DNA of 64,000 nucleotides from an uncultured Acidobacteriota bacterium (GTDB lineage: Bacteria > Acidobacteriota > Vicinamibacteria > Vicinamibacterales > UBA823), in the NCBI GenBank assembly GCA_913052135.1, contig CAJXDY010000004.1, positions 18,879 through 82,878 of the forward strand. Direction: 5' to 3'. The translations under genes and the position numbers were made by a program. The stretch's first letter is position 1; every line of letters starts with the position of its first letter. The notes beneath the pieces were generated by a model. That model did no database searches and was not told the DNA's origin. It saw nothing but the letters and a program-made list of their open reading frames with translations. Shown piece after piece: positions 1 to 10,190 of this stretch.

Positions 1-766
1 AGTCAATGTGTGGAACTTTTTCCCGAAGTGCCGTAACCATCTCCAAGTACGATCGTAGCCGCTCAGCAAATTGGTTAACTCCAAGATGGATTAATGCTTC
101 ATCATCATCGAGAATTACGACCACATTCGATGGATTACTAACATCGATCTGTGATACCCGACCCACGATCCGAGGTTGGGTTTCTAAATCATTCATCACA
201 CGCATTGTTAGATGTGAACGTTGATCGTCGATTACAACCTGACCGTTAGAGGTCTCGTGCAATAAACCATCTATGACTGGCAGATCGAAATGGGCGTACT
301 CTGTTCCGTACTCTGCTATCAATCGTGCCTGGTCATCAATTAAATATAAGTGTCCATCAATTCGTCCCAACGCCATGGGTACTCGCTCAGAAATAGAAAT
401 CTTGATAGTCGACGGTATGACGATGCGAAGTGTTGCGTCTTTCACCCATGGCGAAGCGAGTAATGCATTCCGCCACTGCTCAAGATCTGTCCTGAAAATG
501 TTCTCCCCGTGAAGTTCATCAACTAAGCTCAATGCTTCGTCCGTCGAAAGATGAACATTCCCACGCACAATTACTCGATCGATAGACAGCACTGGCATCT
601 GAAGTACGAATACCTTGATTTGATACCCCACGAATAGAACGATTACGAATATCGCGCTTACTTTGAGGACGCGCCGCCAGCGCGCCGTAAACACACGTCG
701 CCTCTTAATGGGTCGAAGCTGCGTGCGTCGCCTGAACCGCTTATCTGTTGGTACACTGACTGTCAT
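1..766 (-). CDS. ftsQ: Cell division protein FtsQ, 3' end cut by the window edge
   Basis: Not in the ORF track because it runs off the edge. My manual minus-strand translation from the ATG at 764-766 gives MTVSVPTDKRFRRR...VSAIFVIVLFVGY (TM) ...LSIDRVIVRGNVHLSTDEALSLV (POTRA-like). It lies just downstream of murC in the dcw cluster. Confidence 0.8.
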   Translation of the reverse strand, partial: MTVSVPTDKRFRRRTQLRPIKRRRVFTARWRRVLKVSAIFVIVLFVGYQIKVFVLQMPVLSIDRVIVRGNVHLSTDEALSLVDELHGENIFRTDLEQWRNALLASPWVKDATLRIVIPSTIKISISERVPMALGRIDGHLYLIDDQARLIAEYGTEYAHFDLPVIDGLLHETSNGQVVIDDQRSHLTMRVMNDLETQPRIVGRVSQIDVSNPSNVVVILDDDEALIHLGVNQFAERLRSYLEMVTALREKVPHID

Positions 767-778
767 AATCTATCTCTA

Positions 779-2212
779 TCACCCATAATTGGCCTCGATG
801 ACATCAGCATCCTGTCGCTGTCTTTGCTGTAGGTGATGAAAAATACGACCAGCAACGCCACTGATTGAACCGGCACCAAATGTAATTACGAGGTCCCCGC
901 GTTTGGCCAGTTGTCCCACGCGGGTGACAACCTCATCGAGCGATCTAACTAGATGCACCGGCGACTCGCTAAATTGTCCTATCACTTCTGCCAGCACTTC
1001 AGAGGTGGCGCCTGGCATCGGAGTTTCACCGGCAGCATAAACCTCAGTCAATATGACCTCATCCGCACCAGCCAGCACTGAACCGAACTGGGACATTAAC
1101 CGACTCACTCGAGTAAATCTGTGAGGTTGCACCACTACAAGCATTCGACGCTTGAACTGCTGACGCGCAGTATGCATCACTGCTGCAATCTCAGTAGGAT
1201 GGTGACCGTAATCATCTACCACCAGCACACCATCAGCTTCCCCAAGTCGTTGAAAGCGACGCTCCACTCCAGAAAACTCCGCTAAAGTTGCAGTAACCTG
1301 TGTGAAGTTCAGACCGATTTCCAGTCCGACGACCATGGCAGCCAAAGAATTTCGAATGTTGTGAAGACCAGGCACCTGGAGGCGTAACGTTCCCAGTAAC
1401 ACGCGTTCACGCTCGCCAAACGGTTTATAGGACACAGAGCATGTCGAACCGAAAGTTTGCTCTTCTATATCAAACGCGAAAAGATCTGCATCCTGAGCAT
1501 CAACTCCATAAGTTCTTACTCGCCGGGAAATCCTGCTTGCCTGCTCCCGTAAGCTTTCATCGTCGGCACATACTGCCACTAATCCATAGAAAGGCACCCG
1601 GTTAGCAAAGTTAACAAACGCGTCACATAGATGGTCAAGCGTGCCATAACTTTCCATGTGTTCATCATCCACATTGGTGATCACAGCAATTGATGGAGAG
1701 AGTCGTAAAAACGATCGATCGCTCTCATCAGCTTCTACAATCATGTAATCCCCTTGTCCGACACGCGCATTGCTTCCAAAACTACTTAAGCGACCACCGA
1801 TTACAGCAGTTGGATCCAGGTTGGCACGTTCGAGCATGAACGCAATCATTGATGCAGTGGAGGTCTTGCCATGTGAACCTGCCACAGCGATGCTGTAGCG
1901 CAGTCGCATGAGCTCCGCCAGCATTTCCGCACGTGGAATCACAGGAATTTGACATCGGTGAGCTTCCTGGATTTCTGGATTCGTTGAGTCAATCGCGGCA
2001 GACATGACGACCACATCGGCATTGTGAACAAACTTAGCGTCGTGACCTTCATGCACAGTTGCGCCAAGTGAGACCAATAAGTCCGTCGTCTCGCAACATC
2101 GGAGGTCAGAACCACTCACCACATACCCCAAGGTTATTAACAGTTCGGCAATACCACTCATGCCACTACCGCCAATACCTACGAAATGAACTTTTTTCGT
2201 GCGGCCGAGCAC
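779..2212 (-). CDS. murC: UDP-N-acetylmuramate--L-alanine ligase
   Basis: 477 aa. N-terminal VHFVGIGGSGMSGIAELL, P-loop GSHGKTSTASM, dcw context. Confidence 0.95.
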   Translation of the reverse strand: MLGRTKKVHFVGIGGSGMSGIAELLITLGYVVSGSDLRCCETTDLLVSLGATVHEGHDAKFVHNADVVVMSAAIDSTNPEIQEAHRCQIPVIPRAEMLAELMRLRYSIAVAGSHGKTSTASMIAFMLERANLDPTAVIGGRLSSFGSNARVGQGDYMIVEADESDRSFLRLSPSIAVITNVDDEHMESYGTLDHLCDAFVNFANRVPFYGLVAVCADDESLREQASRISRRVRTYGVDAQDADLFAFDIEEQTFGSTCSVSYKPFGERERVLLGTLRLQVPGLHNIRNSLAAMVVGLEIGLNFTQVTATLAEFSGVERRFQRLGEADGVLVVDDYGHHPTEIAAVMHTARQQFKRRMLVVVQPHRFTRVSRLMSQFGSVLAGADEVILTEVYAAGETPMPGATSEVLAEVIGQFSESPVHLVRSLDEVVTRVGQLAKRGDLVITFGAGSISGVAGRIFHHLQQRQRQDADVIEANYG

Positions 2213-2295
2213 GATTATGTCCGTTCCAGCTTTCGCATTTCGCTTTGCCTCATCAGTCTGCCCTTACCCTGCCATCCTTGAATTACTGCTCGCGA

Positions 2296-3390
2296 TCATG
2301 AGTGAACAAGTTCTAAAACTCGATCAACGATCCGTGCCGCAGCATCAGGACGAGCCAGTTGTCTAGCTGCAGCACCCATTTCACTCCGTTGCTTACGATT
2401 CGCTGCCAATGTTTTTACATGGGACACCAACGCAGCCGCGACATCACCACCTGCAATCATCTTTGCGGCACCAACCGTGACCAAAGCATCGGCATTTTTA
2501 GATTGATGTTCGTCGGCCGTCCTCAACGGCACCAGAACACTTGGTCGACCTACGGCAGCTAGTTCAGTAACTGTCGTTGCACCAGCTCGACAAATAACGA
2601 GATCCGAAGCCAGCATGGCTTTTGCCATTGGCTCAAGAAAGGTCTCAACCTGAGCATTAAGACCGGCTTGACGATACGACTCCCGAACTTCAACAAGATC
2701 GCGCTCACCTGTCTGGTGCGTGACAATGAGCCGTGGTTTGATTTGTGCAAGGGCTGGTGCGGCCTGACGAAGGGCAAGGTTAAGAGCGTGAGCCCCCTGT
2801 GATCCGCCAATAACTAGGACGTGGCAAGTTTCTGAATCCGCATCTTGATCAATTTGCGATCCCATTTCAAAGAATTCCTTACGAACAGGATTTCCACTCA
2901 TGAACCCTTTCGACCCAAAATCTGAGAGTGTTGAAGTAAAAGCTACTGCCACAGCTCTGACGAAAGGTCTGAGCAGTCGATTCGTCAGGCCCGGTATCAC
3001 ATTCTGCTCAAGGACAAGTGTGGGAATCCCACGGAGTGCAGCTATAGCCACCACGGGGCCTGAACTATAACCTCCCACGCCCATCACTAGATGAGGCACA
3101 CGTCGAGACAGAAGACGCCAAGCATCACATGCACTTACTGGTAGCATCGCTAAATTACGTGCTAATTCCCTTCCCGACTTGCCCTTCAGTCCCGCACTCC
3201 GAATAAAATCCAATTCAAACCCTGCCTCAGGTACGGCTCGCGATTCGATCCCCTTCGTAGTACCTGCAAACGTCACTCTTGTCTTCGGACTTCGACGCGT
3301 TAATTCCTGAGCAACCGCTATCCCAGGATATAAATGGCCTCCTGTGCCTCCACCCGCAATCACGATCCTCAGTCCCATACTGATGACCAC
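2296..3390 (-). CDS. murG: Undecaprenyl-PP-MurNAc-pentapeptide GlcNAc transferase
   Basis: 364 aa. Motifs IAGGGTGGHLYPGIAVA and GGSQGA. The start is uncertain: GTG at 3390 or ATG at 3378. Confidence 0.93.
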   Translation of the reverse strand: MVISMGLRIVIAGGGTGGHLYPGIAVAQELTRRSPKTRVTFAGTTKGIESRAVPEAGFELDFIRSAGLKGKSGRELARNLAMLPVSACDAWRLLSRRVPHLVMGVGGYSSGPVVAIAALRGIPTLVLEQNVIPGLTNRLLRPFVRAVAVAFTSTLSDFGSKGFMSGNPVRKEFFEMGSQIDQDADSETCHVLVIGGSQGAHALNLALRQAAPALAQIKPRLIVTHQTGERDLVEVRESYRQAGLNAQVETFLEPMAKAMLASDLVICRAGATTVTELAAVGRPSVLVPLRTADEHQSKNADALVTVGAAKMIAGGDVAAALVSHVKTLAANRKQRSEMGAAARQLARPDAAARIVDRVLELVHS

Positions 3391-3426
3391 AAACGCTCTA
3401 CGTTGAGCTGTCTCCTGCTCTCCACC

Positions 3427-4518
3427 TTATGAGTGCGCTGACGCGTGTTGTGAGACATTGAGCAAAATCCCCATTCCTATCAAGCTACTTATCAGCGAAG
3501 ACCCTCCGGCACTTACGAACGGCAGTGGGATGCCCGTGGTCGGCAATAAACCTAAGACGACACTCATGTTTAGGAACGCCTGACCTATCACCATCGTTGT
3601 GATCCCGATCGCCAAAAACGAACCGAAGCGATCAGGGGCGCGCAATGCAACCCGAAAACCTCGCCAACCAATCACGCCGAAGCACAAGAGCACTGCACTC
3701 GCACCAACAATGCCAGTTTCCTCAGCAATGACCGCATATATGAAGTCGGTATGTGCTTCGGGAAGATACTGATGCGATTGCACACCGCCCATGACACCCA
3801 ATCCAAGCAATCCTCCCGTGCCCACCGCAATCAAGGACTGAACGAGCTGAAAACCATCTCCCATGCGGTCATTCCACGGATTCGTCCATGAGATAAGCCG
3901 CTGCCATCGATACCCCGCGGAGAGGAAGTACCACCCCATCGGCAGAGCTAACAGCATCGCACCAATAACCCAGCGATAGCTGAGCCCTGCAGCCAACACC
4001 ATCGCGCCAACGATGACGGCAACTCCTGCAGCCGTACCGAGATCTGGTTCTACCAGGATCAAGCCGGCAATCATTGCAGTTACAAGCCCGATAAAACCTA
4101 ACGAGTAGGACACGTCGTTAATGCGATCCATTCGGCGTTCCAACACGGCAGCAACAAATAATATGACCGCTAATTTGGCAAACTCAGAAGGCTGGACACC
4201 AATTCCGGCGACAGCAAACCACCGCCGTGCCCCATTTATCTCAGGACCTAACAAGACCAGAACGAGCAAGAACGTGGCAACGCCCAATGCCGTCCAAATA
4301 ACAGCAGGTTGCCGGTAATTCCGATAATCCAGCCGCATCATTGCGGCAAGGCCACACACACCGAAAATTGCCCAGCTCAGCTGCTTAAATAAAAAATAAT
4401 ATGGCCGTCCATCCATCGCTTTCACGGCTGAAGCGCTGTAGACCATCACAACGCTAGTACCTATGAGTAAGAGCGTTGCCATAAAGAGCCACTTGTCTGA
4501 CTTCAGTTTTCGAGCCAT
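3427..4518 (-). CDS. ftsW: SEDS-family peptidoglycan glycosyltransferase FtsW
   Basis: 363 aa polytopic membrane protein with the PSEFAKLAVILFVA motif. It sits between murD and murG. Confidence 0.9.
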   Translation of the reverse strand: MARKLKSDKWLFMATLLLIGTSVVMVYSASAVKAMDGRPYYFLFKQLSWAIFGVCGLAAMMRLDYRNYRQPAVIWTALGVATFLLVLVLLGPEINGARRWFAVAGIGVQPSEFAKLAVILFVAAVLERRMDRINDVSYSLGFIGLVTAMIAGLILVEPDLGTAAGVAVIVGAMVLAAGLSYRWVIGAMLLALPMGWYFLSAGYRWQRLISWTNPWNDRMGDGFQLVQSLIAVGTGGLLGLGVMGGVQSHQYLPEAHTDFIYAVIAEETGIVGASAVLLCFGVIGWRGFRVALRAPDRFGSFLAIGITTMVIGQAFLNMSVVLGLLPTTGIPLPFVSAGGSSLISSLIGMGILLNVSQHASAHS

Positions 4519-4605
4519 ACTCTTGTCTTGCTTAAAGCCCCTTGGGACAATAACTTGTCCTAAAGGTTCGATCGGTTGATTCCGATATTAGTAATGCCAC
4601 TCAAT

Positions 4606-4735
4606 CGTGAGCAGTGAGCAGTCATCAGCCGCTTTTGAGGACAAAGACACCAGTCTCGTAGACCGGGGTAGCCTACGTTCCCAGCGACTAGCTCTTCGCC
4701 GCCACAAGGCGACTGATAACTGCTCACTGCTCACG
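4606..4735 (-). repeat. Perfect 17-bp inverted repeat closing a roughly 130-nt predicted multi-helix RNA element in the murD-ftsW spacer
   Basis: The arms cgtgagcagtgagcagt (4606-4622) and actgctcactgctcacg (4719-4735) are exact reverse complements. A second helix pairs 4625-4632 with 4709-4716; it is 8 bp with one G-U on the minus-strand transcript, and that position is a C-A mismatch on the plus strand. The murD stop codon (4724-4726) lies inside one arm. Confidence 0.6.
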
Positions 4736-6115
4736 ATTTCTCCTCATGTCTCTTTCAAGACGCACAACTTCTTCCTTAAAACGACGACCCCGCTCAGCAT
4801 AATTTTGGTACATGTCAAAGCTGGCACATGCAGGACTCAGCAGCACCGCGCCCCCTGGTGGTGCCAAAGCAAACGCAGACCGAACCGCTTCACCCATGTC
4901 ACGCGCATCACTGACGGGCACAACATCGGCCAGCGCCTGTCGAATCTTGCTCTGCGCTTCACCCATCGCAATGACGGCCACGGCATGGTCGGCCACTGCA
5001 GTGCGTAATTCCCTCAGATCACCAGCCTTCAGTCGGCCGCCAAGTAGAACGACCGACGGGGCATCCATTGTCTCAATCGCCTTCATCGCAGCATCTACAT
5101 TTGTGGCTTTGGAATCGTTAACAAAACGAATTTCATTAATCTCTGCAACAGGCTCCAAAACATGCTCAAGCCCTTTAAACTCAGAAATCACTTGAGTCAT
5201 AATGTCTGCTGAGACGTCCATAATGGTCGCAACAGTCACAGCAGCGAGTACATCAGCCAATAAATGCCGTCCCGTCAGTTGAACGGCCTGCACTGGAACC
5301 AGTGCCGCTGGTGAGGGTGTCGTATTCCACACTATGGTGCCACCCTCCACAGATACTCCATTGTCAATCGTCGCATTAAGACTAAATGGCCGCTGCCGGC
5401 CTTGACTTCCGCAAGCCAGCGACATGGCGTTGGCATCATCAGCATTCACCACTACCCAATCACTTGCCTCTTGGTTCATAAACACACGACCCTTAGCCGC
5501 GGCGTAGGCCTCGGTTGTCTCGTGACGATCGAGATGATCAGGGGTGAGATTTAGTAGTACTGCAATCCATGGATGAAACTGGTCGGTCAATTCCAGTTGA
5601 AAACTACTAACCTCGACGATGTGTAGAACGTCAGGACTTGATTCTCCAACTTGCGTACTTAATGCTGGACCGATATTGCCGCCAACAACGGTTTGGAAAC
5701 CAGCCGCAGCGAGGATTTGTCCAACCAAAACCGTGGTAGTCGACTTTCCTTTAGTCCCAGTCACGGCAACAATACGACCGTCCATCCATCTTGACGCCAA
5801 CTCGATTTCACTGATTACTGGCACACCCGCTGCTCTGGCCGCCTGAATGACCGACTGAATGGGTGGAACACCAGGACTCATCACAACCAAGTCAGCATTC
5901 ACGAACGTTTCCATTCGGTGTTCACCAAACTCGAGTTGCACCTTTTCATTCCGCAAACTGTCTGGAAGGTCCGTCCGTGCCCGCAGGTCGGTTATCGTCA
6001 CGGATGCTCCTCTATCAATCAGCAGCTCAGCTGCAGCGATGCCACTTTGCGCAGCACCCACAACAACGACGCTGTGGTTCTCAACCGAAAAATCCTTCTT
6101 CTTGCTATGTGGCAC
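4724..6115 (-). CDS. murD: UDP-N-acetylmuramoylalanine--D-glutamate ligase
   Basis: 463 aa. Motifs VVVVGAAQSGIAAAELL and VTGTKGKSTTT. Confidence 0.95.
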   Translation of the reverse strand: MPHSKKKDFSVENHSVVVVGAAQSGIAAAELLIDRGASVTITDLRARTDLPDSLRNEKVQLEFGEHRMETFVNADLVVMSPGVPPIQSVIQAARAAGVPVISEIELASRWMDGRIVAVTGTKGKSTTTVLVGQILAAAGFQTVVGGNIGPALSTQVGESSPDVLHIVEVSSFQLELTDQFHPWIAVLLNLTPDHLDRHETTEAYAAAKGRVFMNQEASDWVVVNADDANAMSLACGSQGRQRPFSLNATIDNGVSVEGGTIVWNTTPSPAALVPVQAVQLTGRHLLADVLAAVTVATIMDVSADIMTQVISEFKGLEHVLEPVAEINEIRFVNDSKATNVDAAMKAIETMDAPSVVLLGGRLKAGDLRELRTAVADHAVAVIAMGEAQSKIRQALADVVPVSDARDMGEAVRSAFALAPPGGAVLLSPACASFDMYQNYAERGRRFKEEVVRLERDMRRNREQ

Positions 6116-6122
6116 GTCCGCC

Positions 6123-7208
6123 TCACCGCAACTTCAATGTCGTTAAACTGAAAAGTGCGAAAATCACAGCAACGACGAGGAACCGAGTCATGATCTTTGG
6201 CTCACTCCAACCTTGTAATTCAAAGTGATGGTGCAATGGCGCCATCTTAAAAACACGACGACCCGTCATTCGGAAAGAGAAGACTTGAATAATCACCGAC
6301 AGCGCCTCTGCGACAAACACCCCGCCAACAATCAGTAGAAGCAATTCTTGCTTAATGAGAACAGCCACCGTCCCGAGCGCGCCACCGAGTGCTAACGAGC
6401 CAACGTCGCCCATGAAAATGTCAGCTGGATAGGCGTTGTACCAGAGAAAGCCTAGGCTCGCGCCCACTAGCGCTCCGCAGAAAATCGTGAGTTCTGCCGC
6501 TGGGGAAAACTGAACAAGTAAGAGATATTCAGCAAATACGCGATGTCCGGTAATGTAAGTCAACCCAGTAAAGGCTGCGGCAGCAATAGTAAACGTGCCA
6601 ATTGCTAAACCGTCGAGGCCATCCGTTAAGTTGACTGCATTGGAAGCTCCCACTAGGACAAGAACAACGAATGGCACGTACAAAAAGCCGAGTTCTGGAA
6701 CTAACTCTTTGAAGAATGGAAAATTGAGACGCGTGTTATAAAGGTTTTCCTCCGTTAAGGCTAGAACAGCTACTCCTACTAGGGACGCAACCACTACTTG
6801 CGCAACCAATTTATAACGTGGACGAAGACCATGATGAGACCGTCGTTTCAATTTTAGGTAATCATCAACGAACCCGATACTGCCAAAAGCTAGAGTGGAC
6901 AACACGGCAATCCACACATATGTATTAGTCAGATCAGCCCACAGTAATGTGGGAACAATCGCGGCAGTCAAAATCAGAAGCCCGCCCATGGTAGGCGTGC
7001 CGGCTTTTGGTTGATGGGCAATCGGCCCAGTGGTCCGGATCACTTGTCCGATTTGTGCTTCTCGAAGTTTTCGAATCATCCATGGGCCCAACATCAGGCT
7101 AAACGCTAGAGCCGTCAGACTCGCCGCCGCCGTACGGAATGTCACATACTGCGTTACATTCAACAACGAAATCTGTGCGCCATAAGGATAGAGAAGGTGG
7201 TACAGCAT
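6123..7208 (-). CDS. mraY: Phospho-N-acetylmuramoyl-pentapeptide transferase
   Basis: 361 aa. Motifs [13 protein letters not shown] and PLHHHFE; polytopic membrane protein. Confidence 0.95.
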   Translation of the reverse strand: MLYHLLYPYGAQISLLNVTQYVTFRTAAASLTALAFSLMLGPWMIRKLREAQIGQVIRTTGPIAHQPKAGTPTMGGLLILTAAIVPTLLWADLTNTYVWIAVLSTLAFGSIGFVDDYLKLKRRSHHGLRPRYKLVAQVVVASLVGVAVLALTEENLYNTRLNFPFFKELVPELGFLYVPFVVLVLVGASNAVNLTDGLDGLAIGTFTIAAAAFTGLTYITGHRVFAEYLLLVQFSPAAELTIFCGALVGASLGFLWYNAYPADIFMGDVGSLALGGALGTVAVLIKQELLLLIVGGVFVAEALSVIIQVFSFRMTGRRVFKMAPLHHHFELQGWSEPKIMTRFLVVAVIFALFSLTTLKLR

Positions 7209-8629
7209 TAGGCGTAACCTCGAGTTATGCCTTCAACGACGATATCGGTACGAATCCCTCGCGAGCCTTTAACGACGATTAAGTCACCCGCCTGCATCAA
7301 ATCCAGCACTAGAGGAACTGCCGTTTCACTCGTGTCGGCTTGTTGAACTGAACCCGGTGGCATCCCGGCGGCGACTGCTGCAGCAGTAAAGTCGTTTGCG
7401 TAATCACTACCAATCACTACAAGTTCTTGAAAACCACACGCAGCTATCATCTGTCCGCATTTCTTGTGTAACTGAGATGATTGAGATCCGAGCTCGAGCA
7501 TCTCTCCGATGACTGCGATACGACGACCTGGAACGTTAGTGAATCGAACCGCGTTACATAATGCGGTGAGTGCCGCCGGATTAGAATTGTAGGAATCGTC
7601 GATCACTGTGATGCCATTTTTTAATTTGATTGCCTGGCCGCGATGTGGCAGAGGACAAAGTTTTTCGATCCGACTCGCAATATCATTAAGTGAAATTTGA
7701 AATTGCAGCGCCACTGTGATTGCAGCCAGAGCGTTAGCGAGTTGTCCGCGACCTAGAAGTGGAACATGCACCTCGACCTGGCCCTCAGAAGTTCGAACAG
7801 AAGCTTTGACCCCATCAAGACCGTAATCCTGCACGTGTTCGGCAAAGACATCGGCCGGCACTTCAACGCCGAAGGTGGTCACCTGACCGGCAAACCGAGC
7901 AGCGTGTGTCATCACGCGTACGTCATTCGCGTTGGCAACCAATTTGTCACTGCGGTCTGCACCTTCAAGAATCTCGGCTTTGGCGTCCGCAATATGTTCA
8001 ATCGAATCAAAAGACGATAGATGAGCTTCAGAGACGTTCGTCCACACTCGTACTTCAGGTTCAGCAATCGCTACTAGAGCACCAATTTCTCCGGCTTGAC
8101 TCATCCCAAGTTCCACCACCGCAACATCAGGTTTTGATAGCAACTTGATCAGCGACAACGGAAGCCCGATATGGTTATTCAAGTTTCCCTCATTGCGAAC
8201 GACACAGTAGCTCCCGCTAAGGAGATCGGCAGTCATCTCCTTGGTGGACGTTTTGCCAGTACTGCCCGTGATGGCCACCACCTTAGACCCCGACTGCCGG
8301 CGAACATACCGACCCAGTAACTGCAGCGCTCGAACCGTGTCAGAAACAACGATCATGACCGGTTCGCTCGCAGAAGTAGACGACGGAATGGTGAACGACT
8401 CGCTCACAACAGCACCACACGCTCCCCGACCAATGGCTTCATCAACAAAGTGGTGACCATCAAAACGGTTACCCTGTATGGCAAAAAACAGATCGCCGCG
8501 CGACGCCGACCGAGTGTCGATGGATACCGCATCTACTGGTATCTCTAGACGCCCTGACATCAAACGCCCTTCCATCGCCTTCGCAACCTCTCCAGCTGTT
8601 AATTGCGTTCGTAACCCTTCTGGCACCAT
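7208..8629 (-). CDS. murF: UDP-MurNAc-tripeptide--D-alanyl-D-alanine ligase
   Basis: P-loop [13 protein letters not shown]. The ORF track extends to 8755. I prefer the ATG at 8629 (MVPEGLRTQ...) because AGAGG sits upstream and it starts just after the murE stop. Confidence 0.9.
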   Translation of the reverse strand: MVPEGLRTQLTAGEVAKAMEGRLMSGRLEIPVDAVSIDTRSASRGDLFFAIQGNRFDGHHFVDEAIGRGACGAVVSESFTIPSSTSASEPVMIVVSDTVRALQLLGRYVRRQSGSKVVAITGSTGKTSTKEMTADLLSGSYCVVRNEGNLNNHIGLPLSLIKLLSKPDVAVVELGMSQAGEIGALVAIAEPEVRVWTNVSEAHLSSFDSIEHIADAKAEILEGADRSDKLVANANDVRVMTHAARFAGQVTTFGVEVPADVFAEHVQDYGLDGVKASVRTSEGQVEVHVPLLGRGQLANALAAITVALQFQISLNDIASRIEKLCPLPHRGQAIKLKNGITVIDDSYNSNPAALTALCNAVRFTNVPGRRIAVIGEMLELGSQSSQLHKKCGQMIAACGFQELVVIGSDYANDFTAAAVAAGMPPGSVQQADTSETAVPLVLDLMQAGDLIVVKGSRGIRTDIVVEGITRGYA

Positions 8630-8636
8630 GCAACCT

Positions 8637-10190
8637 CTACGACACAAGAGCATTCGTCCGCCGACGACGTAATGCGTCTTGGGCGATTTCCAAATCATCA
8701 AATGACCGTCGTTCACTTCCGATTTCTTGATAGGTTTCGTGCCCCTTACCCGCAATAACGACTACATCACCTACGTGTGCTTCTCGAATCGCTCGTTCAA
8801 TAGCTAGTTTGCGATCACTGATCGTAAGATACGGTGTTCGGAAAAAGTCGCCCGTCCCTTCTCCAACCTCAGCATTGGACCGCTGAGTCGCCGAATCCAT
8901 CCCGCGCGTAATGTCTTGAATAATGGCAAGTGGATCTTCTGAACGAGGATTGTCAGACGTCACTATGACGGCATCACTTAAACGAGCAGCGACAGCGCCC
9001 ATCAGGGGACGTTTTGACCGGTCGCGATCTCCTCCGCAACCGAACACCACAACGACTCTCTCACTAGCGAGAGCTCGTGTCCCTTCAAGCACCTGCTTTA
9101 ATGCGTCGTCTGTATGAGCAAAATCCACAATAACCGTTAGGTCATCGTCACCATGTGAAACAACTTGCATGCGACCCGGTACGCTCTTCAGTGATTCCAC
9201 GCCCTGCTCAATCGCATCGAAAGGCAGGTCCAACGCTATTGCTGTCGCGACCGCGGCCAAAATGTTATAGACATTAATGCGCCCCAAAAGACTAGACCTA
9301 AGATGCAAGACCCCCCGGGACGTCCGTACATCAAAGACCAGTCCATTAAAGGATGCATCGATGACATCTGCTGACACCACATCCGCCGGTTGGTCGATCG
9401 CATAGGTGACCGGCCGAGATGCTGCACTCGCGAGCAAAGAACCTCGTGGATCATCGAGATTCACGATCGTCCGTGCATCTGAAGGCAACTCGTCGAACAA
9501 TCGACGCTTTGCCAGAAAGTAACTGTTCATATCACCATGAAAATCAAGATGGTCACGGCTAAGATTTGTGAACACCGCTGCGGTAAAGCGAGTGAAGTCA
9601 ACCCGCCGCAAAGCTAGACCGTGTGATGAAACTTCCATCGCACACACCATCGAACCACCATCTACGAGTTCACGGAGCAAGCTTTGAATCTCTGGCGCTT
9701 CCGGAGTTGTCAGAGCCGCTTCGCGAGTTTCGTTTCCAATCTGGTGGCTAACCGTGCCTAATCGCCCACACGGCATCCCAGCCTGTTCAAAAATTTCACT
9801 AAGAAGATGGGCTGTAGTGGTCTTACCATTCGTGCCGGTAATGCCGAGCACCATTAATTCGTGACTTGGAAGATCGTAAAAAGATGCAGAGAGAGCGGCA
9901 AGGGCTTCACGCGCATCCGAAACCGTAATCCACGGGAGACTTACTTCAGTGTTTTGAGGGGAACCTGAAACGACTGCGACCGCACCGCGACGCTCTGCGT
10001 CTCTGGCGTACGTCGCCCCATCGACGTGTTCACCCTGAAGGCCAACAAAAAGAGTGCCGGGTTGAACGTTCCGAGAATCATGGGTGACTGCATTAACAAT
10101 TTGTGAAGCAACCGGAGACTGCAGCACTGACTCTGACATACGACTGGTGGCAAGTTCGTCTGCTCGACGTAACAGATCGCCCAATGTCAT
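8637..10190 (-). CDS. murE: UDP-MurNAc-L-Ala-D-Glu--2,6-diaminopimelate ligase
   Basis: 517 aa. ITGTNGKTTTAHL, plus a DNPR motif (TSDNPRSEDP) typical of meso-DAP-adding enzymes. Confidence 0.93.
   Translation of the reverse strand: MTLGDLLRRADELATSRMSESVLQSPVASQIVNAVTHDSRNVQPGTLFVGLQGEHVDGATYARDAERRGAVAVVSGSPQNTEVSLPWITVSDAREALAALSASFYDLPSHELMVLGITGTNGKTTTAHLLSEIFEQAGMPCGRLGTVSHQIGNETREAALTTPEAPEIQSLLRELVDGGSMVCAMEVSSHGLALRRVDFTRFTAAVFTNLSRDHLDFHGDMNSYFLAKRRLFDELPSDARTIVNLDDPRGSLLASAASRPVTYAIDQPADVVSADVIDASFNGLVFDVRTSRGVLHLRSSLLGRINVYNILAAVATAIALDLPFDAIEQGVESLKSVPGRMQVVSHGDDDLTVIVDFAHTDDALKQVLEGTRALASERVVVVFGCGGDRDRSKRPLMGAVAARLSDAVIVTSDNPRSEDPLAIIQDITRGMDSATQRSNAEVGEGTGDFFRTPYLTISDRKLAIERAIREAHVGDVVVIAGKGHETYQEIGSERRSFDDLEIAQDALRRRRTNALVS

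Noticed and set aside
4565-4583. GGTTCGATCGGTTGATTCC, which at first glance resembles a tRNA T-arm (GGTTCGAnnCC).
   Set aside because: No acceptor, D or anticodon arms can be built around it on either strand. It folds better as a simple ATCGG/CCGAT hairpin within the murD-ftsW spacer.
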